32,000 nt of DNA from Mycolicibacterium smegmatis (GTDB taxonomy: Bacteria; Actinomycetota; Actinomycetes; Mycobacteriales; Mycobacteriaceae). The position numbers were made by a program, and so were the translations under genes. Positions 1 to 7,890 of the stretch are shown here, in pieces. The stretch spans positions 5,490,001 through 5,522,000 of the forward strand of contig NZ_LN831039.1 in assembly GCF_001457595.1 (NCBI RefSeq), given 5' to 3'. The notes beneath the pieces were generated by a model. That model saw only the letters and a program-made list of their open reading frames with translations. It was not told the origin of the DNA and searched no databases. Position 1 is the first letter of the stretch, and the number at the start of each line of letters is the position of its first letter.

Positions 1-1353
1 GAGTACAAGCCGATGCTGGACTCGGCGCTCCAGATCGCCGAGCACACCCCGCAGGCGTGCGTCATCCTGCAGCGCGATCAGAAACCCTGCGACCTGATCG
101 AGGGGCGCGACGTCGACTGGCACGAACTGGTGGCCACGGCCGAACCGGCCGATCCGGTCCCGGTGGCCGCCACCGACCCGCTGTACGTGCTGTACACGTC
201 CGGCACCACCGGCAAGCCCAAGGGCATCGTCCGCGACAACGGCGGACACGCGGTGGCGCTGCTGTGGTCGATGCGCAACATCTACGGCATCGAACCCGGC
301 GACGTGTTCTGGACGGCGTCCGACGTGGGCTGGGTGGTCGGGCACTCCTACATCGTGTATGCGCCGCTGATGCTGGGCGCGACAACCGTTCTGTACGAAG
401 GCAAACCGGTCGGCACACCCGACGCGGGCGCCTTCTGGCGCGTCATCTCCGAACACAAGGTGAAGGCGTTGTTCACCGCGCCGACCGCAGTGCGCGCGAT
501 CAAGAAGGAAGACCCCGAAGGCGCGCGCATGCGCGACTACGACCTGTCGAGCCTGAAGTATCTGTTCCAGGCCGGCGAGCGCCTCGATCCGGACACCTAC
601 CACTGGGCCGCCTGGAGACTCGGCAAGCCCGTCATCGACCACTGGTGGCAGACCGAGACAGGCTGGGCGATCGCGGCCAACCCGGCCGGCCTCGAACTCA
701 TGCCGGTCAAGCCCGGTTCGGCGACCGTGCCGATGCCCGGTTACGACGTGCAGATTCTGCGGGCCGACGGCTCCGTCGCCGATCCGAACGAAGAAGGCGC
801 GATCTGCATCAAGCTGCCGCTGCCGCCGGGCACGCTGCCCACCGTGTGGGGCGACGACCAGCGCTACATCTCCTCGTACCTGTCGGCGTTCGAGGGCTAT
901 TACCTCACCGGTGACGGCGGCTACATCGACGAAGACGGCTACCTGTTCGTCATGGGCCGCACCGACGACGTCATCAACGTGGCCGGCCACCGCCTGTCGA
1001 CAGGGTCGATCGAGGCCGTGCTCGCCGAGCATCCCGCGGTCGCCGAGTGTGCCGTGATCGGTGTGGCCGACGAACTCAAGGGGCAGGTGCCGCGAGGGTT
1101 CGTGGTGCTCAAATCCGGTGCGTCCGCCGACAAGCTGGGTGACGAGCTGATCCAGAAGGTACGCGAGAGCATCGGCGCCGTTGCCGTTTTCAAGTCCGTC
1201 GACGTGGTGTCGGCGCTGCCGAAGACCCGCTCGGGCAAGATCCTGCGCAAGACCATGCGCGGTATCGCCGACGGCAAGGACGAGCCCGTGCCCTCGACGA
1301 TCGAGGACCCCTCGGTGCTCGACGACCTCAAGTCGGTGTTGCGCCGGGGCTGA
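1..1353 (+). CDS. AMP-binding acyl-CoA ligase, acetyl/propionyl-CoA synthetase-like (5' end outside the window)
   Basis: Reading frame open from the window edge; motifs YTSGTTGKPKG, WWQTETGW, YYLTGDGGYIDEDGYLFVMGRTDDVINVAGHRLSTGSIE, and C-terminal catalytic Lys region PKTRSGKILRK. Confidence 0.93.
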   Translation, partial: EYKPMLDSALQIAEHTPQACVILQRDQKPCDLIEGRDVDWHELVATAEPADPVPVAATDPLYVLYTSGTTGKPKGIVRDNGGHAVALLWSMRNIYGIEPGDVFWTASDVGWVVGHSYIVYAPLMLGATTVLYEGKPVGTPDAGAFWRVISEHKVKALFTAPTAVRAIKKEDPEGARMRDYDLSSLKYLFQAGERLDPDTYHWAAWRLGKPVIDHWWQTETGWAIAANPAGLELMPVKPGSATVPMPGYDVQILRADGSVADPNEEGAICIKLPLPPGTLPTVWGDDQRYISSYLSAFEGYYLTGDGGYIDEDGYLFVMGRTDDVINVAGHRLSTGSIEAVLAEHPAVAECAVIGVADELKGQVPRGFVVLKSGASADKLGDELIQKVRESIGAVAVFKSVDVVSALPKTRSGKILRKTMRGIADGKDEPVPSTIEDPSVLDDLKSVLRRG

Positions 1354-3271
1354 TCCAGGCGCGGTTGCTCAGCAGGCGAAGGCCGTTGAGCGCCACCAAG
1401 ATCGTCGACCCTTCATGTCCGGCCACACCGAGCGGTAACGGCAAGTGGCCGAACAGGTCCCACAGGACCAGCGTGGTGATCGCGGCGCCGGCCATCACGA
1501 GGTTCGCGATGACGACGCGTCGGGCCCGCCGCGCCAGTGCGATCACCGCGGGGACGGTGGCGAGTTCGTCGCGGATGGTGACGACGTCGGCGGTCTGGAC
1601 CGTCAGGTCCGCACCCGCCCTGCCCATCGCGATCGAGGTGTGCGCGGCGGCCATCGCGGGTGCGTCGTTGACGCCGTCGCCCACCACGAGCACGTGCGTG
1701 TTGTCGCGCTGAAGTTTCTGCACCGCAGCAGCTTTGCCGTCGGGGAGGAGTTCGGCGTGCACGTCGGCGATGCCGGCCTCCTCCGCCAGTCGTCCGGCGG
1801 CGCGACGGTTGTCACCGGTCAGCAGCATGGGTGGGTGTTTGGTCAACTGCGCCAACTGCATCACGGCGGCAGGAGCGTCGGGCCGCAGCCGGTCGGCCAG
1901 GCCGATGACACCGACGGGTAGCCCGTCCTCGAGGACGACGACGGCGGTGCCACCGTCGTTCTCGATCGCGGCGCAGTGCTCGCGCACGGCCCCGTCCTTC
2001 CCCGCGAAAGCTGCGGGGCTGACGACCTCGACGACGTGCCCGGCCACACGCGCGCGCACGCCCCGGCCCGGAAGTGCCGTGAAGTCACCGGCCTCAGGTA
2101 CCACGCGCCCGCGCGCCGCCGCGACGATCGCGCGCCCCAATGGATGCTCACTGAACTGTTCTGCGGCAGCGGCCATCCCGAGCACATCGGCACCGTCAAT
2201 GAGCACGGTCACCCGCGAGATCACAGGCTCCCCCGACGTCAACGTCCCGGTCTTGTCGAGCACCACCACGTCGGTATCGGCCAACCGCTCCATCGCGACC
2301 GCAGATTTCACCAGCACGCCGTGCCTGCTCGCGTTCGCGATCGCCGACAACAGCGGCGGCATGGTCGCGAGCACCACCGCGCACGGCGACGCCACGATCA
2401 TGAACGTCATGGCGCGCAACAGCGTCGAGCGCAAATCGGCGCCGAACATCAGCGGCACGGTGAACAACGCGAGGGTCGCGACAACCACGCCCGCCGAGTA
2501 GCGCTGCTCGATCTTCTCGATGAACAGTTGCGTGGTGGCCTTGGTCGCCGATGCCTCGGCCACCATCGCCACTATGCGCGCCACCACGGTCTGCGAGGGT
2601 TCGCGCGTCACCTCGACGCGCAGCGCACCCGAACCGTTGACGGTCCCGGCGAACACGTCGTCGCCGACGTCCTTCGCGGCGGGCAGTGGCTCCCCGGTGA
2701 TCGAGGACTGGTCGACCTCCGAGGCACCGCCGATCACTGTGCCGTCAGCCGAGATTCGCTCGCCCGGACGCACCACGATGACGTCGCCGGGCCGCAGATC
2801 GGCGGCGGCGACCACACGTTGGGACCCGTCGCCGAGGAGGGTGGCGTGCTCGGGAGCGAGGTCGAGCAACCCGCGCACCGACCGCTCGGTCCTTGTGGTC
2901 GCCACATCTTCGAGCGCGCCCGACGTCGCAAAGATGACGATCAACAGCGCACCGTCGAACACCTGCCCGATGGTGGCCGCACCGATCGCTGCGACGATCA
3001 TCAGCAGGTCGACGTCGAGTGTGCGGTTGCGTAAGGCCCGCACGCCGACCCACGCGGGTTCCCAGCCACCGACGACGTAGCAGGCCAGGTACAACGTCCA
3101 GACCACGGCCTGCGGTGCTCCGAGGAGTTGCGCGGCCAGTCCGGTGAGAAACAGTGCGAGTGCCGCGGCGGCCCACCGAACGGAGGGCACCGTCCACAGC
3201 CAACCGCCGGATCGCGGTCGCGCCGGGCGGGCCGAAGGTGCGGGTTCGACGGCGGGATACAGCGCGGTCAT
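1328..3271 (-). CDS. ctpD: P1B-4-type heavy-metal-transporting ATPase (Co2+/Ni2+ class), CtpD-like
   Basis: DKTGTLTSG phosphorylation motif, TGEPLPA, HPLG motif (SEHPLGRAI), GDGVNDAPA, and SPC transmembrane motif (FMIVASPCAVVLA) typical of P1B-4; no N-terminal metal-binding domain; beside an NmtR-like regulator. Confidence 0.88.
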   Translation of the reverse strand: MTALYPAVEPAPSARPARPRSGGWLWTVPSVRWAAAALALFLTGLAAQLLGAPQAVVWTLYLACYVVGGWEPAWVGVRALRNRTLDVDLLMIVAAIGAATIGQVFDGALLIVIFATSGALEDVATTRTERSVRGLLDLAPEHATLLGDGSQRVVAAADLRPGDVIVVRPGERISADGTVIGGASEVDQSSITGEPLPAAKDVGDDVFAGTVNGSGALRVEVTREPSQTVVARIVAMVAEASATKATTQLFIEKIEQRYSAGVVVATLALFTVPLMFGADLRSTLLRAMTFMIVASPCAVVLATMPPLLSAIANASRHGVLVKSAVAMERLADTDVVVLDKTGTLTSGEPVISRVTVLIDGADVLGMAAAAEQFSEHPLGRAIVAAARGRVVPEAGDFTALPGRGVRARVAGHVVEVVSPAAFAGKDGAVREHCAAIENDGGTAVVVLEDGLPVGVIGLADRLRPDAPAAVMQLAQLTKHPPMLLTGDNRRAAGRLAEEAGIADVHAELLPDGKAAAVQKLQRDNTHVLVVGDGVNDAPAMAAAHTSIAMGRAGADLTVQTADVVTIRDELATVPAVIALARRARRVVIANLVMAGAAITTLVLWDLFGHLPLPLGVAGHEGSTILVALNGLRLLSNRAWISPGATPT

Positions 3272-3308
3272 CGAGCACCCTTCGTTGGATTGACGAACGC
3301 ATACGTTT

Positions 3309-3332
3309 ATACATGTAAAGATTTAAATGTAT
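3309..3332. promoter_or_regulatory. Putative ArsR/SmtB-family operator between ctpD and the nmtR-like gene
   Basis: Imperfect 12+12 palindrome ATACATGTAAAG/ATTTAAATGTAT (10/12 symmetric, perfect ATACAT...ATGTAT ends) in the divergent intergenic region. Confidence 0.6.
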
Positions 3333-3367
3333 CAATGCTCACTTGCGTGCCATGCGAGAATGGGCGC

Positions 3368-3721
3368 ATGGGTCATGGTGTCGAGGGGCGTTCCACGCCC
3401 GCCGCATCGCTCGATGCCGCGTCAGCGGTCAAGGTCGCCGAGACACTGCAGGCCCTGGCGTCTCCCAACCGATTGCTGATCTTGACTCGGCTGCGCGAAT
3501 CCCCCTGCTCGGTCACCGAACTGTCGGCGGCGGTCGGGATGGAGCAACCTGCGGTGTCCAACCAGTTGCGCCTGTTGCGGACGCTGGGACTGGTGACCGG
3601 AGACCGGTCGGGGCGCAACATCGTCTACCGGCTCTACGACAGCCACGTCGCGCAACTGCTCGATGAGGCGATCTACCACATCGAACATCTGCGACTCGGC
3701 GTTCGCGACGGCACCGCCTGA
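3368..3721 (+). CDS. nmtR: ArsR/SmtB-family metal-sensing transcriptional regulator, NmtR-like
   Basis: Starts MGHGVEGRS; HTH SVTELSAAVGMEQPAVSNQLRLLRTLGLVTGDRSGRNIVYRLYDSHVAQLLDEAIYHIEHLRLG; divergent to the ctpD-like ATPase. Confidence 0.85.
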   Translation: MGHGVEGRSTPAASLDAASAVKVAETLQALASPNRLLILTRLRESPCSVTELSAAVGMEQPAVSNQLRLLRTLGLVTGDRSGRNIVYRLYDSHVAQLLDEAIYHIEHLRLGVRDGTA

Positions 3722-3941
3722 GCCAGATCCGGCTGCGGGCAAGAGAATTTCATTTGCCGTCACACACTCGTCACACATCTGAGGCTGCGGCGGCAAAACG
3801 CCGGGCGATCACTGGAATCCTTTATTTTCGCCCTGAGCCGAACTATCGTTGAGTTGTTATAAGTTGATATCCGCCTGAGCTCGGGCGATTTGCTACCGCG
3901 CAGTACCAGCGACGCTTGGGCACGTTAGGAGTTGAGCAACG

Positions 3942-4040
3942 ATGCGCATCGCAACCAAGGGAAACTGCACCTGTCGCTGCAACGCATGCGACGGAGGCCA
4001 CCACTGCGGAAACCCGCCGAACTGCAACGTGCGGCGCTGA
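3942..4040 (+). CDS. Cysteine-rich small protein (32 aa, MRIATKGNCTCRCNACDGGHHCGNPPNCNVRR), possibly metallothionein-like; not in the supplied ORF track
   Basis: ATG with AGGAG 10 nt upstream (3927-3931); 6 Cys + 2 His in 32 codons in CxCxCxxC...HHC...C pattern; placed in a metal-homeostasis neighbourhood. Confidence 0.6.
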   Translation: MRIATKGNCTCRCNACDGGHHCGNPPNCNVRR

Positions 4041-4049
4041 CGCCGTAGG

Positions 4050-4081
4050 TGACCTGCCGCCGACCATCGCGCGGCAGGTCA
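4050..4081. repeat. Perfect 11-bp stem hairpin (TGACCTGCCGC / GCGGCAGGTCA, 10-nt loop)
   Basis: Read directly: 4050-4060 and 4071-4081 are exact reverse complements; no U-tract. Confidence 0.8.
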
Positions 4082-4093
4082 TCCCATACCTCT

Positions 4094-4134
4094 GAGCCCA
4101 TCGATCACGCCGATCGATCGGGCTCTTTCGGTTT
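4094..4134 (+). terminator. Rho-independent-like terminator downstream of the Cys-rich sORF
   Basis: GAGCCC-ATCGATC ACGCC GATCGAT-C-GGGCTC stem (one bulge) followed by TTTCGGTTT. Confidence 0.6.
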
Positions 4135-4170
4135 CACGCCAGACACTCCGCGTGTCCGTATGCTCACGCT

Positions 4171-4872
4171 GTGCTCACCGCGCTCCTCTGGGGCCTCGTC
4201 GCTGCGTCCTCTCTGCTCGTCGGAGCCGTGGCCGGCACCGTCCGCGACTGGAACGAGCGTCTGGTCGGTCTGGTCCTCGGCTTCGGTGCCGGCGCGCTGA
4301 TCTCCAGCATCTCGTTCGAACTCGCCGAGGAAGGCGTTCGGGTCAGCGGTGCTCTGGCCGTCGCACTCGGCCTGGCAATCGGCGCCGTCGTGTTCTACGT
4401 GGCCGACAAGACGGTGGATCGCATGGGCCGCACCGGTGGCGGGGCGGGCATGCCCCTGCTGTTGGGGGCGCTTCTCGATGGCATACCGGAACAGGCCGTG
4501 CTCGGTATCGGCATCGCGGGCGGCGCCGGGGTGAGCATGGCACTCCTGGTGGCGATCTTCGTGTCGAACCTGCCCGAGTCGATCGGATCGGCCAGTGACA
4601 TGAGGAGCGCCGGCCACCCGGTACGCACGATTCTCGGTGGCTGGGCGGCGATCTCGGCACTGTGCGCGGTAGCCACCGTGGGCGGCTACCAGTTGCAGAA
4701 GGTCGCCGGTGCGGCGCTGCAGGGCGGGATCAACGGATTCGCCGCGGGGGCACTGCTTGTCATGCTCGTCGGGTCGATGATTCCCGAGGCCACGCAGAAG
4801 GCCCGTGAGAATGCCGGACTCGCGGCAGTTCTCGGATTCGCCGTCGCCGCCGGTCTGTCGCTCGCCACCTGA
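4171..4872 (+). CDS. ZIP-family-like divalent metal transporter
   Basis: Multi-pass membrane protein; LVLGFGAGALISSISFELAEEG...GLAIGAVVFYVAD, LDGIPEQAVLGIGIAGG, PESIGSA, GGINGFAAGALLVMLVGSMIPEA resemble ZIP-family motifs. GTG start. Confidence 0.8.
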   Translation: MLTALLWGLVAASSLLVGAVAGTVRDWNERLVGLVLGFGAGALISSISFELAEEGVRVSGALAVALGLAIGAVVFYVADKTVDRMGRTGGGAGMPLLLGALLDGIPEQAVLGIGIAGGAGVSMALLVAIFVSNLPESIGSASDMRSAGHPVRTILGGWAAISALCAVATVGGYQLQKVAGAALQGGINGFAAGALLVMLVGSMIPEATQKARENAGLAAVLGFAVAAGLSLAT

Positions 4873-4896
4873 CGCGAAGGGCGTTACGTTCAGCAG

Positions 4897-5682
4897 GTGG
4901 CTCCCCAATGGCACCTGGGCCCCGTGACCGTCGGGGTCCACGGATTGTTCGTCGCGCTCGCAGTGTTCGCCGCGGTCCTGGTGTTCAGCCACGAGGCCCG
5001 TCGACGCGGCGCGGTCAACGAGCAGTCGATCGTGGCGGTGGCCGGTGCGCTGATCGGCGGCGCGATCGGCATGCGACTGTCGGGCTGGGCCCAGCACCTC
5101 GATCTCAGCGCGAATCCGAGTCTGGCACAGGCCTGGGAGTTCGGCTCCCGCAGCATCCTCGGTGGACTGCTGGGCGCCTACATCGGCGTACACGTCGCCA
5201 AACGTCTCGGCGGCTACCGCGGCAAGACCGGCGATCTGTTCGCACCGGCGGTCGCGCTGGGCATGGCCATCGGCCGCATCGGTTGCCTGCTCACCGAGGC
5301 CCCCGGGCGGCCCACGAACCTGCCATGGGGCATCCACGCGCCGGCCAGCACTCCGGAATGTCCCGCGTGCCTGACGGGTCAGGCCATGCATCCGTCATTC
5401 GTGTACGAGATCGTGTTCCAGCTGGTTGCTTTCGCGGTGCTGCTGTGGCTGCGCAACCGCATCACCCACCCCGGCGAGTTGTTCGTCATCTACATCGCCG
5501 CCTACGCGGTGTTCCGATTCTTCGTCGAGTTCTTCCGCGCCAACGAAACAGTGTGGCTGGATCTCACCCGGCCACAATGGTTCCTGCTGCCCACGTTGCT
5601 GATCATCGGGTTTCGGCTGTGCTACGGCTACCGGCACGGTTACTATCGGCGCGCAGCCCGCAGTGAGGAAGTGCCGGTATGA
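4897..5682 (+). CDS. Prolipoprotein diacylglyceryl transferase (Lgt)-like paralog, divergent motif
   Basis: Lgt-type architecture (multi-TM, RSILGGLLGAYIGV, GMAIGRIGCLLTEAPGRPTNLPWGI, HPSFVYEIVFQLVAF, FVEFFRANE), but the signature region lacks the canonical GRxGNFxNxExxG asparagines. Confidence 0.85.
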   Translation: MAPQWHLGPVTVGVHGLFVALAVFAAVLVFSHEARRRGAVNEQSIVAVAGALIGGAIGMRLSGWAQHLDLSANPSLAQAWEFGSRSILGGLLGAYIGVHVAKRLGGYRGKTGDLFAPAVALGMAIGRIGCLLTEAPGRPTNLPWGIHAPASTPECPACLTGQAMHPSFVYEIVFQLVAFAVLLWLRNRITHPGELFVIYIAAYAVFRFFVEFFRANETVWLDLTRPQWFLLPTLLIIGFRLCYGYRHGYYRRAARSEEVPV

Positions 5683-6320
5683 CCCCTCCCCCATCACAGC
5701 CACCCGAGCCACCGCCTGCTGCCGGTGAACCGCCAGAAGACGACGGGCCGCAAGACATTCCACCCGCCTACGAGTACGACGTGCGCCCTCCCGGCGCACC
5801 GCACGTACCGCCGTATGCCCCTCCGGCCGGGCCTCCACAAGGGCCTCCACAAGGGCCTCCACAAGGGCCTCCGCAGGGGCCTCCGCCGACACCGCCACCA
5901 CCGCCGCCGGCCGGACCACCCATCGGGTATCCACCACCGCCGCCGGGATACTCGCAGCCCTACCCGGGGGACTATCCGTCGTCACCCCCGCCGCCCGGAT
6001 ACGGTAGGCCACCGTCACGGATCTCGGTGGCCATGGTCATCATCGGCCCGTTCATCTACGCCGCGATCAACCTGGTGGTGGGGTTCATGGCGCTCATCGC
6101 CGGGGGCATGCTCGAAACTCAGACCAGCAACTCCAGCATCATCTTCGGCGTCGCCGCGCTCGGCCTGCTGCTCATCGCGTTCGGCGGAGGCACACTCCTG
6201 CTCCGCCGCAACAACCCTCAAGCACGCGGCCTCGGCATCGGGCTGATGATCGGCTGGGCGCTCATGTCCGTACTCACCGCCGGGTTCTGCACCGGCATCA
6301 ACCCGGAGATGTATACCTGA
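5679..6320 (+). CDS. Proline-rich N-terminal domain + two-TM C-terminal domain membrane protein (DUF4190-like)
   Basis: ATGA overlap with the Lgt-like stop; low-complexity PPPAGPPQGPPQ tail, then VAMVIIGPFIYAAINLVVGFMALIAGG and IIFGVAALGLLLIAFGGGTLLL. Confidence 0.7.
   Translation: MTPPPSQPPEPPPAAGEPPEDDGPQDIPPAYEYDVRPPGAPHVPPYAPPAGPPQGPPQGPPQGPPQGPPPTPPPPPPAGPPIGYPPPPPGYSQPYPGDYPSSPPPPGYGRPPSRISVAMVIIGPFIYAAINLVVGFMALIAGGMLETQTSNSSIIFGVAALGLLLIAFGGGTLLLRRNNPQARGLGIGLMIGWALMSVLTAGFCTGINPEMYT
5829..5876 (+). repeat. Tandem 12-bp repeat (GGGCCTCCACAA x3 plus one degenerate unit) encoding GPPQ repeats
   Basis: Direct reading of 5829-5876. Confidence 0.9.
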
Positions 6321-6321
6321 T

Positions 6322-7890
6322 ATGACCACCGGCATGGGGCTGCGCGGTGACCGCCTGCACCGTTACGTCACCGCGTTCTGCCCGCACTGCCACGCCGAAG
6401 CGCCCGAGCGCCCACTGGCGGACGTGCAGCGGCTCGCCGCGATGCTGATCGAGCGCGACGGACGGATCTGGCTCGAACGTGGCTGCCCGACACACGGTTT
6501 GGTGCGCACCCTGTACGACGAGGATCCCGAGATCCTCTCCTACCTCGAGGAGTGGACGGCACCCACCAAGGCCCACACCCCCGATGTCGCAGGCAACTTC
6601 GACCCGGTCCCGTCGGCATATCTGCGCGGCCTGCCGGAGATGCAGACCCAGCACACCTGCATCCTGCTGGAGGACATCTCCGAGGCGTGCAACCTGCGCT
6701 GCCCCACGTGTTTCACCGACAGTTCCCCCGACCTGCGCAACGTGGTCCCGGTGGCCGAGGTGCTCGCCAACATCGACCAACGCCTCGCGCGCGAGAACGG
6801 CCGCATCGACGTGCTGATGCTCAGCGGTGGCGAGCCCACGCTGCACCCGCAACTACCCACACTGCTGGCCGAGCTGGTGAAGCGGCCCATCACCCGGATC
6901 CTGGTGAACAGCAACGGCGTTCGCATCGCCAACGATGACGCTCTGCTCGACCTGCTGACGCTGCACCGAGAACGCGTCGAGGTGTATCTGCAGTACGACG
7001 GGTTGTCCGCCGAGACACACCGCCACCACCGCGGCGGCGATCTCGGAAGGCTGAAACAGCAGGCCCTGCAACGGCTGTCCGAGCGCGAGATCTTCACGAC
7101 CCTGGTGATGACCGCGACCCTGGGCGTCAACGACCACGAGATCGGGGCCATGGTCCAACTGGCGCTCGACACCCCTTACGTCGGCGGGCTGACCATCCAG
7201 CCCCAGTTCGGTTCGGGCCGTTCGGGTGCGATCGACCCGATGGAGAGGCTCACGCACACAGGCGTCCTGAAACGTATGGGTCCCCAGACCGACGGCGCGG
7301 TCACGTGGCGCGATCTCACCGCGCTGCCGTGCTCGCACCCGCACTGCTGCTCGGTGGGGTACCTGGTGCGCGACGACAGCGACCGGTGGCGCTCGCTGGT
7401 ATCGCTCATCGGAGCCGAGAGCCTCAAGGACAAGCTGGGACTGGTGGCCAACCGCATCGCCGACACCGAGATTCCACGCGAACTCCGCCTGGCCGTGCAG
7501 GAATCGCTGCTCGGACTGCTCTCCGAGCAGTCCTCGTTGTCCCATCCGGAGATCGGTGACGTGTGGCGCAACATCTGTGAGAACTGCGATCTGGGCATGT
7601 CGACGCTGTTGACGCTGGCGTCGTCGGCGCTTCCCGGCCGCAGGCGCAAGATCCGCAGACTCCTCGGCGAGCGCGTCGTGCGCCTGACCGTCAAACCGTT
7701 CATGGACATGTCGACGATGATCGAGGAGCGCCTCATCCAGTGCTGCGTGCACGTCGGGACCCGCTCGACCGAACAGCATCAATGCGCGCCGTTCTGCGCC
7801 GTACAGGCCTGGCCCGCACTGAGCCGCCAACGCCTGTCGCTCGCCTCCCAAGCCACGATGCCCGCGTTACCCCTCATCGAGATCCGATGA
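6322..7890 (+). CDS. Radical SAM protein, MJ0619/Tes-like multi-cysteine architecture
   Basis: CNLRCPTC (CX3CX2C) core with LMLSGGEPTLHP; N-terminal CPHCHAE and GCPTHGLV; C-terminal CSHPHCC, CENCD, CCVHVGTRS, CAPFC cysteines; 522 aa. Confidence 0.88.
   Translation: MTTGMGLRGDRLHRYVTAFCPHCHAEAPERPLADVQRLAAMLIERDGRIWLERGCPTHGLVRTLYDEDPEILSYLEEWTAPTKAHTPDVAGNFDPVPSAYLRGLPEMQTQHTCILLEDISEACNLRCPTCFTDSSPDLRNVVPVAEVLANIDQRLARENGRIDVLMLSGGEPTLHPQLPTLLAELVKRPITRILVNSNGVRIANDDALLDLLTLHRERVEVYLQYDGLSAETHRHHRGGDLGRLKQQALQRLSEREIFTTLVMTATLGVNDHEIGAMVQLALDTPYVGGLTIQPQFGSGRSGAIDPMERLTHTGVLKRMGPQTDGAVTWRDLTALPCSHPHCCSVGYLVRDDSDRWRSLVSLIGAESLKDKLGLVANRIADTEIPRELRLAVQESLLGLLSEQSSLSHPEIGDVWRNICENCDLGMSTLLTLASSALPGRRRKIRRLLGERVVRLTVKPFMDMSTMIEERLIQCCVHVGTRSTEQHQCAPFCAVQAWPALSRQRLSLASQATMPALPLIEIR

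Noticed and set aside
1328-1353. 26-bp tail-to-tail overlap between the acyl-CoA ligase and ctpD
   Set aside because: Short convergent overlaps are common in compact actinobacterial genomes; no further signal.
4105-5391. 428-aa minus-strand ORF opposite the ZIP and Lgt-like genes
   Set aside because: Shadow ORF in a high-GC genome; the opposite strand has clear membrane proteins with family motifs.
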